A stretch of 64,000 nucleotides of DNA from assembly GCA_017645945.1 (NCBI GenBank), contig JAGCNL010000076.1, positions 59,673 through 123,672 on the forward strand. The letters run 5' to 3'. The notes under the pieces were generated by a model. That model made no database searches. It was given only the letters and a program-made list of their open reading frames with translations, and was not told the DNA's origin. Position 1 is the stretch's first letter. Every line of letters begins with the position of its first letter. Below, piece by piece: positions 10,632 through 20,635 of this stretch. This stretch comes from Salinivirgaceae bacterium. Lineage in GTDB: Bacteria > Bacteroidota > Bacteroidia > Bacteroidales > SZUA-534. The position numbers and the translations under genes were made by a program.

Positions 10632-13454
10632 TTAGAAATTAGCTTTTACACCAATGTTGAAGAATCGCGATTGTGGCGCGCTGCCAACATTCATCTCCAT
10701 GTGTTCTCTTTCTTTTGCTATGGTAAGCAGGTCTGCACCGCTTACGTATGCTGTCAGACCTTTAATGAACAAATCGCCAAACACTTCGCTTGGAACTTCA
10801 TAGCTGATTTGGATTTTGTCCAAAGTGAATGCATTATTTTTATACAGCCAAAAATCAGAAATACGGTTGTTATTGCCGCCAGCCGTTGTTGTGAGGGCAG
10901 GATATTTGGCGTCAGGGTTCTCCGGAGTCCAAGTATCGCGGACAATGGCTGAGTATTTTGAGTCTTTGTTGATCCAATAATACGAGCTGTTCTTTGCACC
11001 ATACGCACCGCTTCGTGCAGAGCCCAAAGCATGGAATGTGAAGTTTTTGTATTTGATAACCATGTTCATACCCAAAGTCAGAGGTGAACCGTAGCTACCC
11101 CATTTGCCAAGATAAACAGTGTCCAAATCAGTGATTTGACCATCCCCGTTCTGGTCCTTATACTTAAGGTCTCCTGGACGCACTATTTTTTCAAATGACT
11201 GCACTGGCGATTCGTCTATCTCTTCCTGACTTTGGAACATACCCAAGCACTCAAGGCCCCAAATGGCGTCAACCGGCTTTCCTTCCTTGTGCTGATAATC
11301 CACTTTTGGGGTTTCCTCGAAAATTGTGCGCTCTGTGGTATAATAAGTTCCAAATACGCCAAAAGTCACGTCGAAATCGCTGATTTTTTTGTTGAGGTTA
11401 ACCGCGAAATCGAAACCTGTGCGCTTAATCTCATTGTTGTTCAGATAAGGCAGGAACTCTGCCAAGTGATTCGGCCAATCGCTCTTGTCTTTGATGATGT
11501 ACCCCGACATTTTGTTGGTAAAGTAGGTAAAATCAAGATTTACAAACTTATCGAACATCGAAGCCTTGATGTTGGCATTGAACTCTTTGCGTTTAATCAT
11601 TTCAAGTCCAACATTATCGCCACGGTCAGGTTTAATTGATGTCGCGTTTGAGCCGTCATACCAGGTGAATCCCCAACCGTTTGCACTCCAAACACCATCG
11701 TACATATAGTAGCTGCTGATGTCGACATCTTCGTTAAGAATGCCTGCTGATGCTGAGATCATCAAATTATCAAGAATTGACACATTCTCCAAAAATGACT
11801 CTTTGCTAAGACGCCATCCGATTGTTCCTGTCGGCGAGAATGCTGCACGGTGGCCTTCAGCAAGTTTTGCCGAATAAGCTTCAGCAGCGCTGAACTGTGC
11901 ATAAAAACGTTGGTCGAAATTATAGCTTACGTCGAAACCTAAATTGGCATTGGTTCTGGCATGATAGTCACCAGAGCGGAATTGCTGGAAGCAGTTGCCC
12001 AACACCATTGCCGACACATTGTGGCTGCCGAATTTACGATTGTACTCGAAAGCAGCATTACCAGCCAGCATGCGGTTGTCGGTACTGTTTGATATGGATT
12101 GTTGTCCGTTGTTCAAGTCCTCTCCTTCCTTTTTCAGTTTGGTTATAGTCTCTGTCTTCGAATCCCAAGTAGGAATAAATATTGCATACTGAGGATTGAA
12201 CGACTGAGTATAATTTGTTTGGAAATCCATTCCCAACGAAGTCTTGAACGCCAACCCTTCGAGCAGTTTGCTCAAGTCAAAACGCATTCCTGCGTCGAAC
12301 TGGAACTGGCGGCTTGTCCATTTTGTTTTGCCTCCGGCATATATCTGAGCAAACACATTGTTTGCATCAGTAGCGTTGGCCCCTGCAAGGAATTTGCCGT
12401 CGTAAATATTGTCAGTAGTCTCTATAAGAGTTGCTGCTTCTGTGCCTTTCTCTATCATATCAACAGGAATAAGCAACGCCGTGTTCGTTTTCAGATTAGG
12501 CTTAATGTTCGGACGGATTGTCGCAGCATCTGACCAAAAGTTGCCCTTGCGGCTGTTGATGTCATAGAACGTTGCATTAGCATCAATGTATGCGCTGATG
12601 TACTTGCTCAAGTTCATATCAACATTTCCGCGCACGCTGAGACGGTTTGTGCGGTCGTGCTTTGTCTCGCCAATTTTCAGGTAGTCACCAAAAGTGTAGG
12701 CGTTGATGTTGACATAATAACGGGCGATTTTGCTGCCACCTGAGAATTCCAGAACAGCATCTTCAGTATTATAAAACTTTTTGATGTATTCCGACGAATA
12801 GAAATCAATGTCAGGATAGTGATAAGGGTTGACTCCCGATTCGTATTTTTCTATCTGTTCGTCGGTGTACACTGGTTTGTCCACCCCTCCATTATCGTTT
12901 TTACTTGCCTGATTATAGTAGCGCATATACTCGGCCGCGCCTACATACTCTGGCAGTTTTTTAGCCACATTGAACCCGACATTAAAACGTCCGTCGATCT
13001 GAAGCTTTTCGTTTAACTGTCCACGTTTGGTTGCAATAAGGACAACTCCTTTGGCGGCACGGCTGCCATAGAGCGCCACAGCGTTTGCTCCTTTCAGGAA
13101 AGTGATCTGAGCAATCTCAGAAGGCATGACATTGTTGGCTTCACGCGGCATACCGTCGACAAGAACCAGATAGTCATCCATACCCCACATATTAGAGCCA
13201 TTCCATCCATTTGCAAGCGACACCATATTAGTCAAACTGTATGTTGTATAGTTGCTGTTAAGCATCTCTTCCACATTCACCACCGATACGCCTGTCAACA
13301 AGTCGTCCTGCGCCACTTTCCTGAATGCGGTGTTTACCATATAAACCGAATCAGAAGAGACAGCTACGGTATCGTTCGCAACCTGCGCCAACAAACTGCA
13401 AGGCAGAGAAAGCAAAGTGGCACATACCAATATTTTATTATGTATATATTTCAT
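10632..13454 (-). CDS. susC: SusC/RagA TonB-dependent transporter (A2; lacks the N-terminal carboxypeptidase-regulatory-like domain)
   Basis: LVLVDGMPR, LKGANAVALYGSRAAKGVVLIATKRG, PGDLKYKDQNGDG; C-terminal FNIGVKANF. Start set at ATG 13454 (MKYIHNK). Confidence 0.93.
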   Translation of the reverse strand: MKYIHNKILVCATLLSLPCSLLAQVANDTVAVSSDSVYMVNTAFRKVAQDDLLTGVSVVNVEEMLNSNYTTYSLTNMVSLANGWNGSNMWGMDDYLVLVDGMPREANNVMPSEIAQITFLKGANAVALYGSRAAKGVVLIATKRGQLNEKLQIDGRFNVGFNVAKKLPEYVGAAEYMRYYNQASKNDNGGVDKPVYTDEQIEKYESGVNPYHYPDIDFYSSEYIKKFYNTEDAVLEFSGGSKIARYYVNINAYTFGDYLKIGETKHDRTNRLSVRGNVDMNLSKYISAYIDANATFYDINSRKGNFWSDAATIRPNIKPNLKTNTALLIPVDMIEKGTEAATLIETTDNIYDGKFLAGANATDANNVFAQIYAGGKTKWTSRQFQFDAGMRFDLSKLLEGLAFKTSLGMDFQTNYTQSFNPQYAIFIPTWDSKTETITKLKKEGEDLNNGQQSISNSTDNRMLAGNAAFEYNRKFGSHNVSAMVLGNCFQQFRSGDYHARTNANLGFDVSYNFDQRFYAQFSAAEAYSAKLAEGHRAAFSPTGTIGWRLSKESFLENVSILDNLMISASAGILNEDVDISSYYMYDGVWSANGWGFTWYDGSNATSIKPDRGDNVGLEMIKRKEFNANIKASMFDKFVNLDFTYFTNKMSGYIIKDKSDWPNHLAEFLPYLNNNEIKRTGFDFAVNLNKKISDFDVTFGVFGTYYTTERTIFEETPKVDYQHKEGKPVDAIWGLECLGMFQSQEEIDESPVQSFEKIVRPGDLKYKDQNGDGQITDLDTVYLGKWGSYGSPLTLGMNMVIKYKNFTFHALGSARSGAYGAKNSSYYWINKDSKYSAIVRDTWTPENPDAKYPALTTTAGGNNNRISDFWLYKNNAFTLDKIQISYEVPSEVFGDLFIKGLTAYVSGADLLTIAKEREHMEMNVGSAPQSRFFNIGVKANF

Positions 13455-13490
13455 TTTATTATATTTAAGATTCAACATTGACTAATATTG

Positions 13491-15464
13491 TTACCATCCG
13501 GGGTTTTGAGCAAATTCTGAATAGATATACACATCATCATCGAGGAATGGGAACCAATAGTGCTGCGTTCCAAAATTGCGGGTGAGAATCTCTCTTCGTG
13601 TATAGCCGACAACTTCCGCATCGCGCGGATCGTTGTTCTCATCCTCGTACCAGCTTTGCGGATGAACGCGCTTGAACTCTGTTGCATACTTGGTATTGTA
13701 TGGTGGTTCGGTCAAGAGCAGCCAGCGTTGCAAGTCGTTGAAACGGAAACCTTCAAACGATAGTTCCACTGCACGCTCACGACGTACCTCATCCAAGAAT
13801 TTTTTTCTGTCAGCAACATATTTTGCAGCCACATGACCGGCACCGCAACGATCGCGGATGGTATTGATTGCATCCTCAGCTGTCTTGTCAAAATCTGATG
13901 CTTTATAGCTTGCATCGCCGGCAGCCGCACACGCCTCAGCATACATCAGATAGATGTCGGCCAAGCGCATATAGGGCAAATAGCAATGCAGACTACCAGT
14001 CCAGTTATATGCTTCATCCACAATATTGCAAGTATGCGGAACGAGTTTCTGAATAAAGTAACCTGTCTGGCTGCCATTTGCCACCGGACGCATATTGCCA
14101 TCCGTGAACAGCTCGCAGTAAACGTATGGTTTTCTCTCTTCTGAGGCTGCTCCATTAATATATTTGAATCCGTCAAACACAATGTCGTGATAGAAACGCG
14201 GATCGCGGTTTTTGAACGGGTGCGTCGGGTCGAAACCTGACTCTGGGTCGTCAATAGGCAATCCATTCTCCATTCCGTACATCTCAACAAGGTTGCCTGT
14301 CGGCTGGTGGATAACGTTGTCGTGCTCAACTATACCGCCCACTTTAGGTCCGAATACTTTTGCTGTATTCCAGTTGGTGTTGTTTGCATCACCAACGTTG
14401 CCTGAAGGACCACGCATAATAGCCTCGGTTGAACCTGGCTGTTTCCAGTTTTGCTTGGTTGTATAGAACAAATCAGAATAGCATGTCTTTGCACCTTTTG
14501 CCTTTTCATGGTCGTAAACATTGCTGAAATTGAACTCAACAAGCGCATACTGCGTCTCGCCGCTTTCAACCAGATCCAGCAACTCACCAAAAGCTTCGGC
14601 TGCACGTTGGCAATATGCCTTATCATAGTCGTAAGTTTTGGCTCCACCAAGCTCTCCTTTGTCATTGTTTGCCATAAGTGGCGAGCCGCCCCAAAGCAGG
14701 CACTTGCCAAGATAGCCCAATGCTGTGATTTTGTTCACACGCAAATCATTTTTGCCAGCAATACCATAGTCTGTGCTTGCCGTAAGATTGTCCCAATCGA
14801 TAGGCAGCAGATCGGCTGCTTTTCGGAAGTCGCGTGCACAACTGTCAGCGCAATCCTGGAACGAAAGACGCGGGAGTTTCTCAATATTCGACGGATCGAG
14901 AGCCCTATTGATGTATGGCAGACCTCCGAAGTATTCCATCAGCTCAAAATGCCACCATGCACGGAAAAAGTATGCCTGGCCAAGAATAAGGTCACGTTCT
15001 TCATCAGTTCCCACCATCTTGTCGATGTTCTCAATGGCTATGTTGCATTTGCGGATGCAGTACCATGAATGAGGCCAGAGAGTGTGTGTTTTGCCCTGAC
15101 CGACATCCACCAAACGCCATGAAGGGTCGCTACCTCCACTATACAGCCAGTTACCTGTTGTGCTCCAGGCACGGAAATTACCCAGATCGACCTGATGAGT
15201 CATACGATTGTCAGCCTCAGGGTTAAAAATTTCATCGTCACCCCAGTTCCACGAAGGACACCAGTTGCATTTCTCCTTATCGGGAATGCAGTTGTAAATC
15301 TCCTCAATAAAACCTTGATAGTTTTTGAAATTCTTGAAAGCGTCATCTGCCGACACGCTTGTTCCCGGTTCTCTGTCAAGATAGTCTTTGCACGAAGTAA
15401 GATTTGCGCAAAGAGCCAATCCCAACAAACCCATAAATATGAATGAATTAAATATCTTTTTCAT
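13491..15464 (-). CDS. susD: SusD/RagB family lipoprotein (A1)
   Basis: Lipobox LTSC; GQAYFFRAWWHFEL; NRDPRFY; MRLADIYLMYAEA; RRERAVELSFEGFRFNDLQRW; QNPGW. Confidence 0.95.
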   Translation of the reverse strand: MKKIFNSFIFMGLLGLALCANLTSCKDYLDREPGTSVSADDAFKNFKNYQGFIEEIYNCIPDKEKCNWCPSWNWGDDEIFNPEADNRMTHQVDLGNFRAWSTTGNWLYSGGSDPSWRLVDVGQGKTHTLWPHSWYCIRKCNIAIENIDKMVGTDEERDLILGQAYFFRAWWHFELMEYFGGLPYINRALDPSNIEKLPRLSFQDCADSCARDFRKAADLLPIDWDNLTASTDYGIAGKNDLRVNKITALGYLGKCLLWGGSPLMANNDKGELGGAKTYDYDKAYCQRAAEAFGELLDLVESGETQYALVEFNFSNVYDHEKAKGAKTCYSDLFYTTKQNWKQPGSTEAIMRGPSGNVGDANNTNWNTAKVFGPKVGGIVEHDNVIHQPTGNLVEMYGMENGLPIDDPESGFDPTHPFKNRDPRFYHDIVFDGFKYINGAASEERKPYVYCELFTDGNMRPVANGSQTGYFIQKLVPHTCNIVDEAYNWTGSLHCYLPYMRLADIYLMYAEACAAAGDASYKASDFDKTAEDAINTIRDRCGAGHVAAKYVADRKKFLDEVRRERAVELSFEGFRFNDLQRWLLLTEPPYNTKYATEFKRVHPQSWYEDENNDPRDAEVVGYTRREILTRNFGTQHYWFPFLDDDVYIYSEFAQNPGW

Positions 15465-15475
15465 CGTCGTAAGTA

Positions 15476-18400
15476 TTATAGTGTGAGTTTAAGACCGAAA
15501 TTGAAACGCTTGACTGTTGGATAAGCACCTAACCAGCCGCCACCACCCAAGTTGGCCTCACGGTCATCGGGCATACGGGTCCATAACCAAAGGTTATTGC
15601 CATTGACAAACAATTTCAAATAATTAAGACCAATTTTCTTAATCCAGCCATCATTCCAAGAATATGCCAACTCCACATTCTTCAAACGGATATAAGAACC
15701 GTCGAACTGATATTGGGTACCACTGCCCTCACCACTTGATGAAGCTGTTGCCCAGTGATAGATTGTGTATTCGGCATTCGTATTGTCTTTTGTCCAAGTC
15801 GAACCCAAATCATATACGGTGTTCAGTTTACTACCGAAGCTTGTCAGCCCAACATCGCGGGTAACATTTGTTACGCCATAGAATTGTGCAAAACAGCTGA
15901 ATCCTTTCCATTCAAAACCCAGAGTCGCATTATATGTATTCTCAGGAGTTGAAGTGTACTGATATGGAGCGCTGTCCTTGCTGTCAATCACACGGTCACC
16001 ATTGAAATCGATTATGTAGTAGCTGCCAGGCATACGGAAACGATCATCAGTAGCGAATGCAGGACTGCCATATAGCTCATCGATGTTATTGATGAAGCCT
16101 GCATCGATGAACGACCGTGTCTGACCAATTGCGTAACCCTCTGACTTCTGATAGTTAGGCATAAGCTGCGGGTCATCACGCGATATGATTTCGTTCTCGT
16201 TGTGTGTCATGCTGAAGTTTGCCCAGGCGCGAGTTTCGCGGTTGAACTGCTTGTTGACACGAAGTTCAACCTCATAACCACGGGCTTTAACCTCACCCAA
16301 GTTCGAAACCGGCACATCCATACCGAAATATGACGGAGTGGCGCGGTCAGAGCCCTTAATCAATATATCGTAGCGCTTGTCGCGGAATATCTCCACACTA
16401 CCTGCAAACAAACCTTGCAAGAACGAGTAGTCGATACCGAAATTAAACTTGCGGACTGATTCCCAATGCACATCCGGGTTACCGAGTTTGCTTATACGAT
16501 ACCACTGGAAAGGACTTGTTACATTTTTTTCCTCGCCGACCTCAAGTGACATTTTTGCGGAACCCCCAGCACCCCACTCATCCATATACAGGAATGGATC
16601 GGAATTGTCACTACCGGCAACACCAAGCGATGCACGTACTTTTAACATATCAATATAGTGGTTATCCTTCAGGAACGAGAAGAATTCCTCTTCCGATAAT
16701 GTCCAACCCAACGCACCAGAGCCAAACATTGCAAAACGGTTGTCCTCGGAAAATTTTTCCGAGCCGTTGTATGAACCATTCAGCTCCAGATTGTAACGGT
16801 TGTTCCAACCATAGGTGATACGGGCAGCCCAGTCCTCACGGTACGACGGGATTTGTGTACCTGTGGCCTGCTGGTTGCGCGAGAACAATGCCATTGCAGT
16901 GACTTTATGCAAATCAAAGTCACGTGCCCAGTTGAACTGCAACTGATAGTACAACTTACGGAATGTAGACCAGTTGTCCATATTGCCGGCCTGAGTTCCC
17001 CACTTTCTGTCTTTATCCTCCATCCAGTCAAGACTTGTCGTATTGTTGATTTGTTTGCGCAGATTAACTTGTCCCGTCTTAGGGTCGATCCATTTTTGTT
17101 GAACATCATTCCAGTCGTCGCTAACACCACGGTTAATTTCTTTAAATGTGTTGTCGAGCGACACATTGCCTCGGAAACTCAAACCTTTTGTTAAAAAATC
17201 AAGGTTCTGTTCCAGAATAAAGTCAGTGGTTATGGTGTTGGTTGTGGTTTTTGCCATACCGCTGGTAGCAAGGTTTTGTGCCGAGTTTGTCACATTCGAT
17301 ACATGCGGATAGTAGCCCCACGAATTGTCCTCATACTTCGGCAGGAACACATCAGGAGCAATGTTGTAAGCTCCAGCCCAACGCTGTCCCTCCTGCCACT
17401 CGTTGCCTGCAAAGGCTCGCGGAGCTTTTTTAATGCCGAGCGAACCATACAGATTGATACGGAATATTGTGGTTCTTGTTATAGTGAAATCAAGGTTGCT
17501 GCGTGCATTTATACGCTGATAGCTATAACCCGACTCATAACCACGGTCGTTATCAAAAACGCGCATAAGGTCACTATCATTCATATAATCAGCTGATGTG
17601 TAGTATTTTACAAACTTCGAACCACCACTAATGCTTAAGTTTGCATTATAAGATATTGCCTGGTCTTTAAACAATTCGTCCTGCCAGTCAACATTCGGAT
17701 AACGCTCCTTGTTCAAAAGCACCACACCTTGTTCGTTCACCGTTGTTCCCTCAGGGTCACGATATTTTTCAATCTCGCTTTGCGGAGTGATGTATGCCCA
17801 CGACTCTGTCGGAGTGATTGCCAACTCGTTCTCAATTGTCTTATTGCGCTCAACCAAAGCATCGTAAGAGTCGAGTTTATTAGGCAGTTTCGACACACGC
17901 TTTACAGTTGTGGTGAAACCAGCGTCGATGCGGGCCTTTCCCTCTTCACCGCGCTTGGTGGTGATAAGGATAACTCCGTTGGCGCCACGTACACCATAAA
18001 CGGCTGTTGCCGATGCGTCTTTCAAAACAGATATGCTCTCAACAGAAGAAACATCAACGCTTTTCATTGCACGCTCAATACCGTCAACCAAGACAAGCGG
18101 GTCGCTGCCGTTCCATGAACTTGTGCCACGGATAAAAATCTTTGCATCATCCTCACCAGGTTGCCCCGAGCCTTGTTCTGTAATAACTCCAGGCAGATTA
18201 CCCGTCAAGGCGGCACCGAGATTTGTAACACCGGCTGCACGCTGCAGAGTTGCGCCCGATGTTTGAGTGATAGCACCCACAACCGAAGCTTTTTTCTGCT
18301 GGCCGTAACCAACAACCACAACCTCGTCCAAACCTACCACATCAGGCACTAACGAAATGTTGTAAGGGCCTGCGCCTTTTACTGTTATCTCCTGAGTGTT

Positions 18401-18643
18401 GTAGCCAATGTATGTGACAACTAACACGTCATTGTCGGCGGCTTGCATAGTGAAATTTCCGTCGCCTCCTGTAATTGTTCCAACTGTTGTGCCTTTAATC
18501 ACAACGTTAACACCTGGAACAGGCATTTGCTCCTCATCCAGTATCTTACCAGAAATCTGATGCCTCTGGGCAAAAACACTGAATGACAGCAACATCATTG
18601 GCAGAATTGCAACCGCCAATTTCCATAGTCCATGTTTCCTCAT
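15476..18643 (-). CDS. susC: SusC/RagA TonB-dependent transporter (A1)
   Basis: Signal peptide, N-terminal CarboxypepD_reg-like domain, LDEVVVVGYG, ISVLKDASATAVYGVRGANGVILITTKRG; ends in FNFGLKLTL. Confidence 0.96.
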   Translation of the reverse strand: MRKHGLWKLAVAILPMMLLSFSVFAQRHQISGKILDEEQMPVPGVNVVIKGTTVGTITGGDGNFTMQAADNDVLVVTYIGYNTQEITVKGAGPYNISLVPDVVGLDEVVVVGYGQQKKASVVGAITQTSGATLQRAAGVTNLGAALTGNLPGVITEQGSGQPGEDDAKIFIRGTSSWNGSDPLVLVDGIERAMKSVDVSSVESISVLKDASATAVYGVRGANGVILITTKRGEEGKARIDAGFTTTVKRVSKLPNKLDSYDALVERNKTIENELAITPTESWAYITPQSEIEKYRDPEGTTVNEQGVVLLNKERYPNVDWQDELFKDQAISYNANLSISGGSKFVKYYTSADYMNDSDLMRVFDNDRGYESGYSYQRINARSNLDFTITRTTIFRINLYGSLGIKKAPRAFAGNEWQEGQRWAGAYNIAPDVFLPKYEDNSWGYYPHVSNVTNSAQNLATSGMAKTTTNTITTDFILEQNLDFLTKGLSFRGNVSLDNTFKEINRGVSDDWNDVQQKWIDPKTGQVNLRKQINNTTSLDWMEDKDRKWGTQAGNMDNWSTFRKLYYQLQFNWARDFDLHKVTAMALFSRNQQATGTQIPSYREDWAARITYGWNNRYNLELNGSYNGSEKFSEDNRFAMFGSGALGWTLSEEEFFSFLKDNHYIDMLKVRASLGVAGSDNSDPFLYMDEWGAGGSAKMSLEVGEEKNVTSPFQWYRISKLGNPDVHWESVRKFNFGIDYSFLQGLFAGSVEIFRDKRYDILIKGSDRATPSYFGMDVPVSNLGEVKARGYEVELRVNKQFNRETRAWANFSMTHNENEIISRDDPQLMPNYQKSEGYAIGQTRSFIDAGFINNIDELYGSPAFATDDRFRMPGSYYIIDFNGDRVIDSKDSAPYQYTSTPENTYNATLGFEWKGFSCFAQFYGVTNVTRDVGLTSFGSKLNTVYDLGSTWTKDNTNAEYTIYHWATASSSGEGSGTQYQFDGSYIRLKNVELAYSWNDGWIKKIGLNYLKLFVNGNNLWLWTRMPDDREANLGGGGWLGAYPTVKRFNFGLKLTL

Positions 18644-18976
18644 TTCAAAAATGTTTGATTATTAATATTTTATAGTCACTTTATTTCGCTTTTGCGATTA
18701 TTACTCCCCCAATTTTACGACTCGTGCCGAAGCAACATTCATTACAGTCCAAATATGTGAAAGATTATTCATATACAAATATTCGTCAACACACATATTT
18801 TTTTAAGAACGTAACAAAAATCGACAGAATCGTGTTACTCCAGCTTTGCCATTGAACAAAATCAACATTCAAAACATTATTCCACAAATAGTTAGAACGC
18901 CAGCTCCAATTCTTTGTCAAGAATCAAATCTCGACAAAGATAAAAGTATTTTTTACTTTTGTTATAAAAAACTTGC

Positions 18977-19013
18977 AAAAAAAAGGTCTTGAGAACCTCC
19001 CAAGACCTTTTTT
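18977..19013 (-). terminator. Intrinsic terminator of Sus cassette copy B
   Basis: AAAAAAAGGTCTTGAG...CCCAAGACCTTTTTT inverted repeat with U-tract; the stem is nearly the same as the copy A terminator. Confidence 0.8.
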
Positions 19014-19033
19014 GATCGAATCAAACCCGATTA

Positions 19034-20614
19034 CTACTCTTTGTAAACAGGTCTGAATGTCCGTATTGATGCTGCCGAACCACGATCACGCCATACAAGC
19101 GTGTCTTTGGTTGAGTAGTGCACATTATCTTGTTTGAAATCAATGGTGTAATCAAGATAAAGAACATCACGGTCTTTATCGCCCCAAGCCTTAGGAGCAC
19201 CATCTTTAACGTACTTGCCACTACCCGATGCAGTGCACAATGCCTCGTTGTTCGATTTAATAGTGCAATCATCACCATTAAAAGTAAGAATCAGTTCGCA
19301 TGGTGTATTCACATCAGCAACCTCAGTGCTTGAAATCGGCAGAAGAACCGAATTTCTGTCAAACGACGTGGTATAAACAACCTCGTCCTTCTCAACAAAC
19401 TCCTTATGACGGCTTTCTGTCACTTTCTCATAACCATCAGGCTCTTTCCAAACAATGGTATCTGTCTGCATTTTGCCTGTCCATTCAAACTCGCTTGCGC
19501 CAAGGCTACCAGACAACACCTTGGTGTAATAGTTTGAATTTGGCACTGCATTGCAACGTGGATTGCCGACTTTCTCCTCTCCGTTAATAACGAAACTTAC
19601 ATTATCGATATAATAATCGTTAGCATCAGATAACTCGCTAAGATTAAAGGCAATAGAGTGTCCGTCAGCCTGTCCGCTTGCGAATTTGCCAGTCAGTGTA
19701 ATTGTGTTCCACTCTGTTGAGAAAGAAACATCACCAATACCACTTCCTTTATACTCACTTGGCGCTGTATGAACTTGAGTTGTTGCTGTTGCAGCCTTTG
19801 TGGCTTTAACATCCATAGTCAAAGTGTATTCATCGTTTGCTGCAAATGCTGTTCCCGCATCAATCCAGAACTGGTTGTCCCACACATTCGATTGCTTCTT
19901 TTCTGCGTGGATAACAATACACATATCCTCTGCTGTCTCAACTCTGCTAAGCGTCTTGTACTTTAACTTGTCAAAGTTGTCGGTACCACGGCGAAGATAA
20001 GTTGCTGTCTTCTCGTTGATATAGTTCACGCAGAACAATGTGTAATCTTTCGGTGCGGGGTCCCATTGTGCAGGGTCTTGGCGCAAAGGCGAACTACCCT
20101 CAACAATTGGAGTACCACGGTTGATATGATCAACACCTGAGTAATCGCCCATGACCATAGGAATAACGTAGGTGTTTTTCAGCGACAGAGGATCGTTGAA
20201 GAATTTCTCGTTCAGTTTCACCTCAACACCGCCGCGGAAACCTCCACCATAGTCGAGAACATCACCGCTCAACTCATAATAGTCAGAAGGCATAGGCTTA
20301 ACTGCGCTGCCGTCCTCAAAATACAAGCCCTGGGTGAGCGACTCGTCGACGCTGACATTAATTTTTGCATTTACGCCTGAATATGAGCCGCCGAAAGTGC
20401 CATAAATGGTGAATCTACCTTCGTTGTCGCTTGTGTTGTCGTAAGTTTCAACATTGCCCAGAATCAGAGTGCGAATCGGATACTGGTAAGCGAAATATGC
20501 TGTTGTCCCGCCATCGTAATCGGGGAACTCTCTGTCTGAATTGCCGCACGACATAAAAGCCATTACTGCAATTCCGGCAAATAATACTGATATTACTTTA
20601 CTGTTTTTCATCAC
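19034..20614 (-). CDS. DUF1735/DUF5627 surface lipoprotein (XusE-like), copy B, with inserted CBM4-like module
   Basis: Paralog of 7704-8786 (identical FPDYDGGTTAYFAYQYPIRTLILG) but 166 aa longer. The extra segment contains NVWDNQFWI...YTLTMDVKA...FSTEW...IAFNL...YYIDNVSF. Confidence 0.8.
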   Translation of the reverse strand: MMKNSKVISVLFAGIAVMAFMSCGNSDREFPDYDGGTTAYFAYQYPIRTLILGNVETYDNTSDNEGRFTIYGTFGGSYSGVNAKINVSVDESLTQGLYFEDGSAVKPMPSDYYELSGDVLDYGGGFRGGVEVKLNEKFFNDPLSLKNTYVIPMVMGDYSGVDHINRGTPIVEGSSPLRQDPAQWDPAPKDYTLFCVNYINEKTATYLRRGTDNFDKLKYKTLSRVETAEDMCIVIHAEKKQSNVWDNQFWIDAGTAFAANDEYTLTMDVKATKAATATTQVHTAPSEYKGSGIGDVSFSTEWNTITLTGKFASGQADGHSIAFNLSELSDANDYYIDNVSFVINGEEKVGNPRCNAVPNSNYYTKVLSGSLGASEFEWTGKMQTDTIVWKEPDGYEKVTESRHKEFVEKDEVVYTTSFDRNSVLLPISSTEVADVNTPCELILTFNGDDCTIKSNNEALCTASGSGKYVKDGAPKAWGDKDRDVLYLDYTIDFKQDNVHYSTKDTLVWRDRGSAASIRTFRPVYKE

Positions 20615-20635
20615 TTTATCTATTAAAGATTAGAA

